Assembly: GCA_035298405.1 (NCBI GenBank)
Contig: DATGYA010000606.1
Span: 1-58,167 of the forward strand
Reading direction: 5' to 3'
Length of the DNA stretch: 58,167 bases
Source: Kamptonema sp.
GTDB lineage: Bacteria > Cyanobacteriota > Cyanobacteriia > Cyanobacteriales > Microcoleaceae
Positions within the stretch are counted from its first letter, which is position 1. Every line of letters begins with the position of its first letter. A model generated the notes under the pieces. That model had not been told where the DNA came from. It saw only the letters and a list, made by a program, of their open reading frames with translations, and ran no database searches. A program made the position numbers and the translations under genes. Positions 28,891 through 39,400 of this stretch are shown here, one piece after another.

Positions 28891-29763
28891 ATGGTTAAAT
28901 CTTTTTTTACTCTACCTCCTTGGATTGTGTTAGACTCGCTGTTGCAGAGTTGGCTGATAGAGGATATTGGTAGGGGCGATCGCACAACATCAGCTCTATT
29001 TCCTACAAAAACTATCCAAAATACAGCTAAATGGACAGTCAAGGAGTCAGGCGTTATTGCTGGGTTGCCGATCGCGGCGCGAGTGTTTCACCTTCTCGAT
29101 AGTAGCGTCAACTTTATTCCGCAAGTATTAGACGGAGAATGGTGCGAAAAAGGAAAAGTCATTGCAGAAATTACTGGCAATTTTGAGGCTTTGTTAACGG
29201 GAGAAAGAGTAGCATTAAACTTAGCTATGCGTCTTAGTGGCATTGCTACTTTCACGCGCAAATATGTTGATAAAATAGCAGATTTGCCAGTGCAACTGGT
29301 AGATACTCGCAAAACAACGCCAGGGTTGAGAATATTAGAAAAATATGCTACTCAAGTTGGGGGTGCTCGAAATCATCGGATGGGGTTAGATGATGCGGTG
29401 ATGATTAAAGATAATCATATTGCTGCTGCGGGGGGAATTGGAGAAGCGATCGCCTCAATCCGCGCCACAATTCCCTATCCTTTAACCATTGAAGTAGAAA
29501 CAGAAACCCTGGCCGAAGTAGAGATAGCTTTAAAACACGAAGCAGACATTATCATGTTAGATAATATGTCGCTTGAGTTAATGAGTCAAGCAGTAAAAAT
29601 CATTCGCCAGCACAACAATCGCATCAAAATCGAAGCATCGGGAAATATTACCCTAGAAACAATTAGAAATATAGCCGAAACTGGAGTAGACTACATTTCT
29701 ACAAGTGCTCCTATTACCCGCTCCACTTGGCTAGATATAAGTATGAAATTTGTTAGCTGTTAG
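28891..29763 (+). CDS. nadC: Nicotinate-nucleotide diphosphorylase (carboxylating)
   Basis: EDIGRGDRT, DTRKTTPGLR, HRMGLDDAVMIKDNH, IEVETE, IMLDN and EASGNI. Confidence 0.97.
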   Translation: MVKSFFTLPPWIVLDSLLQSWLIEDIGRGDRTTSALFPTKTIQNTAKWTVKESGVIAGLPIAARVFHLLDSSVNFIPQVLDGEWCEKGKVIAEITGNFEALLTGERVALNLAMRLSGIATFTRKYVDKIADLPVQLVDTRKTTPGLRILEKYATQVGGARNHRMGLDDAVMIKDNHIAAAGGIGEAIASIRATIPYPLTIEVETETLAEVEIALKHEADIIMLDNMSLELMSQAVKIIRQHNNRIKIEASGNITLETIRNIAETGVDYISTSAPITRSTWLDISMKFVSC

Positions 29764-29862
29764 TTGTTAGCTGTTAGTTGTTAGTTGTTCGTTGTTAGTT
29801 GTTAGTTGTTCGTTGTTCGTTGATAGCGAGTTAACCACTAACCACTAACCACTAACCATTAA
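29753..29862. repeat. Inverted heptamer tandem repeats between convergent nadC and Uma2 genes
   Basis: (TTAGYTG/TTCGTTG)n followed by (TAACCAC)n. Confidence 0.85.
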
Positions 29863-30541
29863 CTAACTGTTGGAGAAACTGTTGATGTGCGGTACTAGCC
29901 AAACCGTTTTGTAAAGTAGCGATAACTTGGGGCATATCTCCTGCTAAAAGTGCCCAAACGTGAAGCCATAGCCCCGGAAAAACTTGACTGGCGATCGCCC
30001 CTTCTGCATCAGGTTCCAGAGAAATATATTCCCCTGCTTGTAAGGAAAACCAATCGAGGCGGCGATCTGTTACCTGCCAGACAAGATATTCTTTGACTCC
30101 ATTACGACGATAAACTCGCTTTTTGTCACGCAAATCGATGGTGGCGGTACTAGCAGAAATTTCGGCAACGAGTTCAGGTGCTCCTTCAATGTAGCCATCA
30201 TCGCCCAGGTAAGTTTGACCACCGTGTTGGGCATCAATCAGCATAACTGCATCGGGTTGGGGTTCGTTATCGACATCTAGGCGTACTGTAGGATTATCGC
30301 CCAGACGCACACCTGGAGTAGCTATTTTATAACTCCAAAGCCAGCCCATTAAATTGGCGTGAGGTTCGGCATGGGGTTCAAACCGTAAGGAGGAAGCCAT
30401 ATAAACAATTCCTTCTATTAGTTCGGCTTTTTTGAGATGGGGCATAGCTTGATAACGCCGCTCAAATTCTGCGCGAGCGAGTAAGTCCCCATTTTCTAAA
30501 GGCGGGATGGTGATGTGGTGAGAATTTGTAGGAGCGATCAT
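29852..30541 (-). CDS. Uma2-family endonuclease (likely start 30541; ORF is open to 30589)
   Basis: PPLENGD...KAELIEGIVYM...EPQPDA...GAPELVAEISAS...YRRNGVKEYLVW. Confidence 0.93.
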   Translation of the reverse strand: MIAPTNSHHITIPPLENGDLLARAEFERRYQAMPHLKKAELIEGIVYMASSLRFEPHAEPHANLMGWLWSYKIATPGVRLGDNPTVRLDVDNEPQPDAVMLIDAQHGGQTYLGDDGYIEGAPELVAEISASTATIDLRDKKRVYRRNGVKEYLVWQVTDRRLDWFSLQAGEYISLEPDAEGAIASQVFPGLWLHVWALLAGDMPQVIATLQNGLASTAHQQFLQQLVNG

Positions 30542-30663
30542 GGCTTTCTTCCTGTTACTATTCGTCAGCAAGTAGGATGCCTGCTCCACAAGAGTTTTTG
30601 GAGATGTCTATTAGGCACTACTACTTCATAACTAACAATTAACAACTAACAAACAACTAACTA

Positions 30664-31692
30664 TTACTTCGAGATGAAATGCACCCAAAAATTTCCGTCT
30701 GGCATACATACATTACGGATTAATCGATAGGAGTAGTGTAGGTATTCGCCACTAAGATCGGTGCGATAGCCACCATCAAACCACTCTCCAAAGGGATCGT
30801 GAACGAAGAATCCTTCTGAGTCGTAACCAACTACAGGCATAATGTGACCAAAAGATGTGAAATATCCGTGTATAACAGCCGGATTTCCACTTGCCAACCA
30901 ATCTTGAACATCTTCAATAATCGCACTCTCTGTGTAGTAATCTTGACAGCCGTAATCTCTGACAATTTTGGCTAAATCGTAGGGGTTCCAGCGGCTGTAA
31001 CCTTTATTAAGCGCATATTGATAAAGTTCATCTTCAAATTGACCAGATTTATTTCTGCGAGTTGCCCCTAAGAACTCTAAGCACATCGCCATCGAAGTCA
31101 CATTGCAAGAACCAGTGGGATTGTACAAGTTGTCTAACTGAGACTTGTAACGAACGTTAAGCCTAACTGTGGGCGGGTTTGGTTTAGGATAAAGTAGAGT
31201 GCCTTCTAGAGTAACTTGAGCGTGGGAACCGAAGACATACCAAATTGAAGAACCATTAAAAGAATCGTTGCGGAGAGCAACTCTCAAGTGACCGCGAATT
31301 GGGGCAAAAGCGAGGAGTTCAAACTCTTTTCCCGCTGCAATTGATTGTTTTTCGGAAGCAGAAAGTTGAGAAGAAGCGAGGGGTCTGGCTTTGAAAACTG
31401 TATCTTTAAGTATCTTGAGTACAGGGGGAGGCACGGGAATCTGCCCTGGTTTGGTTTCAATCAGCTTTTCGGCGGTGATCGCTCCCAAATACCCTGGTTC
31501 GCCACATTTCATCAGGGATTGAAACCGATGGAGAGCAGCGGTAGAGAGGGGGCCAAATAGTCCGTCTACTGGGGGTTTGAGTAAACCTAAGTCGATCAGG
31601 CGGCTTTGAATCTGGCGGCTGAGTTCGTCATCAGCGGCGATCGCCCTGGCATCATACTTGATATTTGTTTTGAGAAAAGCTTGTAGTTTCAT
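30664..31692 (-). CDS. Peptidoglycan-binding domain plus C39-like cysteine peptidase
   Basis: IQSRL...VDGLFGPLSTAALHRFQ (PG-binding); YKSQLDN...CNVTSMAM, GHIMPVVGYD and HDPFG (C-H-D). Confidence 0.88.
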   Translation of the reverse strand: MKLQAFLKTNIKYDARAIAADDELSRQIQSRLIDLGLLKPPVDGLFGPLSTAALHRFQSLMKCGEPGYLGAITAEKLIETKPGQIPVPPPVLKILKDTVFKARPLASSQLSASEKQSIAAGKEFELLAFAPIRGHLRVALRNDSFNGSSIWYVFGSHAQVTLEGTLLYPKPNPPTVRLNVRYKSQLDNLYNPTGSCNVTSMAMCLEFLGATRRNKSGQFEDELYQYALNKGYSRWNPYDLAKIVRDYGCQDYYTESAIIEDVQDWLASGNPAVIHGYFTSFGHIMPVVGYDSEGFFVHDPFGEWFDGGYRTDLSGEYLHYSYRLIRNVCMPDGNFWVHFISK

Positions 31693-31731
31693 TTACCTAG
31701 ATTAAGTAGATGGACATAATTAAAGGTGTAT

Positions 31732-31891
31732 GTGAGCGCTCGCCGCCAAAAAACTTGTATAGCAGAAGGAAGAAGGAAGAAGGAAGAAGGATGAGGTAAT
31801 AATAGCAAGGGTTTCGGCAATCAAGATAGTCCTAACCGCCTTGGCGGTTGCTATAACAAGAAAGCTAATCTGGTTGTCGGCGAGCGCTCAC
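31732..31891. mobile_element. Nested miniature repeat element: TATAGCA..TGCTATA unit inside a 14-bp inverted repeat
   Basis: GTGAGCGCTCGCCG (31732-31745) / CGGCGAGCGCTCAC (31878-31891). The inner unit 31758-31855 has (AAGGAAG)n and an AACCGCC-tt-GGCGGTT hairpin. Confidence 0.65.
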
Positions 31892-31956
31892 GCTACAAGC
31901 AGATTAGCGTTTATTTATGTTTACCTACTTAGTAGCTCTCACTTATTGCCTGTCAC

Positions 31957-33282
31957 CTATTTTGCTGGACACAAGACAACTACACCGCAGGCATCGGGGG
32001 ATAGATATTTGCGGGCCGCCTGCTGGATATCGGTAGCATTGAGAGCTTGGATGCAGGCGGGGTAGTTGAGGGCGGGGGCTAAATCGCCGATAATGGACTG
32101 GTAGTAGCCGTATAAATTGGCGCGATCGCTCGGCGTTTCGTTCCCAAAAATAAACCTATTGGCTACTTGGGTGCGGACGCGGGCCATTTCTGCCTCCGTC
32201 ACGAGTTCCGCTTGGATCGTGCGGATGTGTTGGGCGATCGCTTTTTCCACCTCGACCAAATTCTCCTCATCCAATTGAGCTGAAATATAGAATACACCCT
32301 GAAGTCGCTGAGTCATATTACTAACTGAAATTGAGGAGACTAACCCCCGCTCCTCCCGCAAATCCTGAACTAAGCGAGTTGTTCTACCGTGACCCAATAT
32401 TGTCGCTAAAACGTCGAGAGCGTAAGTCTCTGACAACTGAGCCAGTCCCGGTACGCGCCACATCATCACCAGTCTTGCTTGTTGCAAGCTGGAGTCAACA
32501 TATTCACGGCGGACTGTTTGAGTGAAAGCAGGTTCTGATTCTAAGTTCCTGTTTTCGGCTTTAAGTTCGACTTCCCCTGACTCAAGCCCCGCCTTGGCGA
32601 AGCCAGCGGTCTGCATCGCACCTGCAAAAGCATCGGCTACAATTTCTATTAACTCCTCAACTGGCAAATTGCCCACTGCTACGGCTGTCATCGACTGAGG
32701 CTTATACCTACTTCTGTGAAAATCCCGCATCTGTTGTGGTGTCAGTTGTTCGATCGCCGATATTGGACCGAGTACGGGGCGTTTGTAGGGTAACACCTCA
32801 AAAGCTGTCTCCATCGATCGCTGATAAGTGCGGCGGCGAACGTTATCTTCTGCTCGCCTAATTTCTTCAATTACTACCAACCGCTCTCGCTCAAAGGCTT
32901 CGTCAGGAATGCTGGCATTGATCAGCACATCTACTTGCAAAGGTGCTAGTTCGGCAAAATCTTGGGGTGCACAAGTGATGTAGTAGTGGGTGTAATCCTG
33001 ACTGGTAGCAGCATTCGTCACAGCACCTCGCCGCTCGATCGAGCGCTCAAATTCACCAGCAGCCAATTGGGGCGTGCCCTTAAAAATCATGTGTTCTAAA
33101 AAGTGCGCCATGCCGTTGATGTCATCTGATTCTACGGCGGAACCCACATTGAGCCACACGCTGAGGTTAACAGCATCAACAGGAAGGTGTTCGGCTATGA
33201 TAGTCAGGCCGTTGGGAAGGCGGCGGACTGTAGGCGCGTTGAGAGGAGGGAGAGATGAGGGTTTGAGAACGGTTGAAGTCAT
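31957..33282 (-). CDS. M16 (pitrilysin-family) zinc peptidase
   Basis: GMAHFLEHMIFKGT (HxxEH), NAATSQDYTHY and ERERLVVIEE. Confidence 0.94.
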   Translation of the reverse strand: MTSTVLKPSSLPPLNAPTVRRLPNGLTIIAEHLPVDAVNLSVWLNVGSAVESDDINGMAHFLEHMIFKGTPQLAAGEFERSIERRGAVTNAATSQDYTHYYITCAPQDFAELAPLQVDVLINASIPDEAFERERLVVIEEIRRAEDNVRRRTYQRSMETAFEVLPYKRPVLGPISAIEQLTPQQMRDFHRSRYKPQSMTAVAVGNLPVEELIEIVADAFAGAMQTAGFAKAGLESGEVELKAENRNLESEPAFTQTVRREYVDSSLQQARLVMMWRVPGLAQLSETYALDVLATILGHGRTTRLVQDLREERGLVSSISVSNMTQRLQGVFYISAQLDEENLVEVEKAIAQHIRTIQAELVTEAEMARVRTQVANRFIFGNETPSDRANLYGYYQSIIGDLAPALNYPACIQALNATDIQQAARKYLSPDACGVVVLCPAK

Positions 33283-33387
33283 TACGATTTTATTTGGTCT
33301 TTATTTTCTATATCTTAGACGCGGTTGCAGATGTTAACAGTTAACTGTTAACTGGTAAGTTGTATTCTTTTTTACACTTGATTACAT

Positions 33388-33464
33388 CTTTTTAATTTTT
33401 AATTTTCAATTCTCTTAATTTTCAATTCTATTAATTTTTAATTTTTAATTTTTAATTTTTAATT
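33388..33464. repeat. AT-rich heptamer tandem repeat (TTTTAAT)n
   Basis: ttttaatttttaattttcaatt...ttttaatttttaatttttaatt directly after the stop of the first giant gene. Confidence 0.8.
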
Positions 33465-33466
33465 CC

Positions 33467-36400
33467 TTACCAGGGGTTTCCCACGAGGGTAAAACCGCTC
33501 CAATAGTAGGGATGAGTAAAATCTGTGCTGTCTTGGGATTTTAAAGCAGATGGGAGGTCGAATTTTCCTGCATTTGTGAGTAACTGACTATTTTCAACTC
33601 GGACTTGACCTTTAAGCATTGCGATTTGAGCAAATCTCAAAGCATCTGCCTTAATCGCGGCTTTCCCTAACTGCTGATAAAATTCAGTCATTAAGCCTAA
33701 AGTGCCGCGATCGTCAACGTACCACAAACTAGCTAAAGCGGATTTCGCACCCGATTGTACTGCTAAACCAGCAAAACCTAATTCCGCTTCGCGATCGCCT
33801 AAAGCAGTTTTACAAGCACTCAAAACCAACAAATCCACCGTAGGATTATCCCAGTTTAAATTTCTGACGCGATCGAGGGGTAATTTGGACTCCCAAAGCT
33901 GAATGTAGGAGTTCCCAGGTTTTCCTGGCAGAAATTCAGCGTGGGTAGCAAGGTGAATAATCCGATAATCTTCGCGCGATCGCTGCAAGTTCAAATTTTC
34001 CAGAGTGAAAGTAGAATTGAGGAAAGATTTACCCTGCCATTGAGAAGCGATCGCAGATAATTCTACTGGTACCGCAGGCAAAGGATTTTGGTCAGTAAAT
34101 TCTGAAGCTCCCATCGCTAGAACAGAAGCATTAGCAATGGATGTGTAGCTAGTATTAGTTAAACTAAAACTGGGAATTACACTAAAACTATATTTCTCAA
34201 TCAAAAATTTATTGCCATCGTACAAAGCCGCGATTGGGACACTCCGCAAACCCGGATCTAAAGATAATAGCAACGTATCAATTTTTAGCTTTTTCAGATC
34301 GGCCTCTATCGGTAAAATCATCCATTGATAAAGTTGCTTTGCTGAATCTAAATAACTTTTAGTATTGCGTTTACGAGAATTTATCATCTCAGAGCGAAAC
34401 TTATTAATAATTGGAAAAAGTGCATCTCTTTTAGCTGCCGGAACACTATAGCGAATCGGTAAACCCAAAGAAGTAACTAAAACTAATTCTAATTGATTCA
34501 GCCGTGATACAACATAAAAAACCGCTGATTTCTTACCAGTTTTGTTGTCAGTTTCCTTTAGATTTTGTTGGATTTCAGAAAGTGACATATTATGACCGCC
34601 AACTTTATGACCCACTTTCAGATACTGCTCAAATTCTCTATTCCTGATCTGTTCAAGTTGTGATACCATCACTTCAATGTTGCCACCCTCAAAAATTGTA
34701 TCAATATCACCGATATCATCTCCATTAAAAGGTCGATCGATAGAGGCACTATAGCCGAGCACCAAATTAGCAGGTTTGTTAGATATATCTTCCGGTGTCA
34801 AATTTCTGGCTGGTTTTTCGCCTTCAGGCATAACTGAAGAAGCTCTAGCAGCACCAGGCGACGGCTCGATAATTTTCGGATCGATTTCCAAAATTGGCTG
34901 TTGGATATTCTTAGCAGCATCTTTTTCTGAAAGTAAACTTTTGCGGCGCTCCTCTTCTGTATAAAAAGTTGAAATTAGAGGTATATTTTCTAAAGTTCCA
35001 TCGCTGTTAGAATTGACAGATGTAGAGTCAATAGATACAACAGGTGCAGTAGGTACTATACCTCCTGTTTGCTGCGTCAGTCCGCCACCTTGAGCAAGAT
35101 TTTCCCCACGTATTTCTGTAGCTCCTGGTAAAGTTGTATTTGAGGAAAAATCTCCTAAAGGTGTTACCGGAGGTACAAGCGCTGCTGATGATTGTATTCC
35201 TTGAGAAGAGGGTGTTGATAATACTATAGGAGCGCGTACAGACGTTGATAAATCTGTAGTTGTCGTTGATGAAGTTGATAAAGTTATTGTTCTAGGTGCT
35301 GCATCCTGAGTTTCTATCCCAATATTGCCTACACTGAAAGAACCCGGAAATACTTGCCCTGTTTCTATTATAGAACTTCCACTTGTAATTGCTGCCGCTG
35401 TGCCATTGAGCGCACCAGCATTACCAACTTCAAAAGGTTGAAGTAACTGCCCTCCATCTCCCCCTGCATGGCGAATTGTTATTGTCCCACTGCCCAAGCC
35501 ACCTGCTGTAGAAATACTAGCAGTTCCATCAGTCGAAAAAGGAGTTACAAAAGAGCTTGTAGCTCGGAACAATCCTCCAGTTGATTCAATAAATACATTT
35601 CCACCCGTACCATTAATTCCGCCTTCAGCGTTAATAAATTCAACTTGAATATCTCCAATAGGATCTAAGAAAACATTACCACCACTACCGACACTACCAC
35701 TAGAATTAATCTGTCTTGCGGTAATTGAAGTTTGGGCTTTAACGGTAATATCACCACCACTAACTCCGGATGTATTAAGATTACCAGTTATCGCGGCTCC
35801 TGAAGGAGTTGTTAGTAAAATTGTGCCTCCATTTCCAGAGATTAAAGAAGCATCAATGTCACCTGCAACTAAATTACCGTTATTACTATTTAGGCGAATT
35901 TGTCCACCATTGGAGATAATATTACCGACAGTGATATTATTGTCTGTAGTGATATTAACATTAGTGGCAGTGATATTACCAAAATTAATATTAGCGGTAC
36001 TATTTGACTGAAAATTGCGAGTTGATATTCCCGATAGCGCCGTTATATTATTAGCACTATTAATAGTTATATTTCCTAATTGCCCATTAACTGCTGCACC
36101 TACTGCGCCGTTGAAAGTAACATTACCTCTACCTGCTGTTAAATTTAAGCTGTAGCCTCTAAAAGCCTCACTATCTAATGTGCTACGGAAGGTAATATTA
36201 CCTCCTATTGCGCCTGTAGTTAAGGTCATATCGTTGGTTAGGATAAGTCCGGTATCAAAGATAATGTCACTGTTAGCACTGGAAATATTGCCTGACAATG
36301 TAGTATTTAATCCGTTCAGCTCCAAACCTAATAGGGGTGTAATATTGCCGATATCTCCTTTCAGAAATATATTGCCAGTATCGGCATTGATAGTTAATTT

Positions 36401-39400
36401 CTGGCTGCCATTGAGGACACCAGCTATCGTAATATCACCGCCGCCACTACTGAGTTCAACATCATTGCCTAGATTAACATTCCCATTCAAGATAATGGAA
36501 TTATTGACTGTATTAATATTAGATTTAATGTTGATAGTTGGCGCATTAAGTGAGATTGAACTATTATCTCTGCCAGTAATATTGCCGTTAACTGCGATGG
36601 CTGCGTCGGCCGAAGGCATCGCACCTGTTGCCGTTTGGATTGTTAATGGATCGAAGAATGTCACGTTGCTATCTATATTAATATTAGCGCTACCATCTAC
36701 ACGCCCAATAGTAATTGAGCTAAAGCCATTTTGCAGAGTATTAATTTCTGCTGCTGTTAAGTCTAAGGCATTAGTATTGTTATCAAACCCGCCAATAACA
36801 ATGTTTTGTCCAGGGTTGAAGGGTTGCAAAGATAGTGAATTTGTCCCAGAAACAGGCCCACTAAAATCAATTTCTCCGGCTATTAAATTTAGCGGATTAT
36901 TGCCTGCGGCTAAACTGGAACCGAAAGCAATCGTAGCATTACCAAGGGTAAATATTACGGGAGTATTTAAGGTGACGGGCCCGCTAAATCGGATATCTTG
37001 ATTAGCAGTGGTAATATTAGAGGCAATCGCAACTTCTCCAGTACCAATTTGACTAAACGCACCATCTAAGAGCAGTGGCGATATGCTTAAATTAAGCTTG
37101 CCACTGTTATTAATAGTAAAACCGCCATTCGTTGCGATCGCGCCATTTAAGTTAAAGTTAGTACCTGCCAGAGTAATACCAGACCTGCCATTTGTATTGA
37201 TAACACCATTAAATAACGTCGTACCGCCGCCTGCTATTTGAGTAATTGAAACAGCGTTAATAGAATTGAGGGCAGTTATATCATTGGCGCTATTGATCGT
37301 TAAGTCGCCAATTCTCACTACATCGCCTACTAATCCAAAAAATAGAATGTTCCCTATCCCTGCTGCTAAATTCAAATTATTAGTACCATCTAAAGTATTA
37401 TTGAAGTTAATATCCCCTACACCTGCCCCAGTATTCAGATTAGTTGCACCGATGAGGGTTACTGGACTTTTGAAACTGATGTTGCTATTATTGGTAGTAA
37501 TATTTCCTGCTAGAAAAACATTGCCAAAACCTATCTGATTAAATGCGCCGTCTAAGTTAAATTGAGCTGCGGAAGTAATAGTCAAAGGCGAACTATTATT
37601 AATCGTAAAACTACCACCATTGCTAGTCGTGACGTTGCCGTTAAAATTAAAAATATTTCCTGTTAAGTTAATTCCTGTGGCAGTATTAGTATTAATTGTA
37701 CCGTTGATTGTAGTTGCACCAGTGCCGGAAATTTGGGTAAGACTAGCAGCGGCAATTGCATTAGCTTGAACATTATTGACATTGGTGAATGTCAGGTTTC
37801 CCAAGGGTGTATTATTACCAATTGCACCAACAATAGTAAGATTTCCTGTACCTGTTTCTAAGGTGAGGTTATTGTTACCATTAATATTACCATTAAAGAG
37901 GATATCACCTCCGGCTAAATTACCTGTACTGACAGTAACGCTATTACCAACTATCGCATTACCGTTAAGCGTAATATTTTGCTCGGCGGTGCGAATATCA
38001 TTGTTTAAAAACGTTGTGGGGGCGTTCAGAGTAATACTAGAATTACCAATACCCGTAAGTGCACCATTGAGGGTAATGACACCAGTTCCAGTTGTCATTA
38101 TTACGGGATCTTTGAAGGATGCACCGCTTGGGGCAACCAGAATATTACCTGTGTTTGTATTGTTGCCAATGATGATAGAACTAAAGCCGTCGGCTAGGTT
38201 GTTTAAGTCATTAGCAGTTAAGTCTAAACTGTTTGCACCTGTGTCAGTTAAACCACCAAGGGTGATATTTTGTCCTGGGGTTCCAGGGGTGAGTGTAAGT
38301 GTGCTGTTACCAGTTACTATGCCATTAAAATCTATTTCGTTCGCGCTTAATGATAAGGTATAATTGGCAGCAGCTATGGCATTAAATGCTACTGTTCCTC
38401 CGCCTGCATTTAAGGTAAGATTTCCGGTGAGAGTAAGAGGGGAATTAAAGCTAATACCGTCATTGTTAAGGGTTAAGTTACCGACAATTGTGACGGCATC
38501 ATTATAGGTTTGTGTACCAGTAGTAATGACATTACCATTGAGTTGAGTTGTGCCGCCGATATTGGTAGTGATACTGGCAGAATTTACGGCATTAAATGTG
38601 GTAATTCCTGTACTATTAGCTGTGATGTTTCCTAATGGTGTGATACTGCCGATCGCACCATTAAAGCTGAGGTTTGATGCACCAGTATTAGCTGTTAAAT
38701 CGCTGTTACCGTCTAAGGTGGAATTAAAGGTAATGCCATTACCAGTTAAAGTGGGATTATTGGCAATTGTGACGGCATCATTATAGGTTTGTGCCCCCGT
38801 AGTGGTGACATTACCATTGAGTTGAGTTGTGCCTCCGGCATTAGTGGTAACACTAGCAGAATTTACGGCATTAAATGTAGTTAAGCCTGTACTATTGGCA
38901 GTGATGTTTACTAATGGCATACTACTCCCTACTGCACCACCGAAGGTGATGTTTCCTGTGCCAGCATTAGCGGTAAGGTTATTATTGCCATCTATGGGGC
39001 CGTTCAATAAAATATTACCATTGGTATTAAGAGTGACATTATTTGTAAGTAAAGTATTGCCATTAATGGTGATATTTTGATTCGAGGTGCTGATGTCAGC
39101 ATTTAGATTAGTTGTATTGGAAGAGAGTGTAATTGCAGCGTTATTATTTCCCGTAATGGGACTGTTGAGCGTAATTGTACCGGGTGAAGTTTGCAGGGTG
39201 GTAGGAGGATTTAAGGTGATAGGATCGTTAACTGAAATGTCACCACCATTATTAGTTTGAATGGTGACAGAAGCTAAGCTGGGTTGCAATAATCCTATTT
39301 GTGTCGGTGTTAAATTTAAGCGAGTACCGGTAACGGGAGTGTTCCCGATGTCAATAGGTAAACCTGCGGTGAATGGTTGTATTGTTAAATTGCCTGTTCC

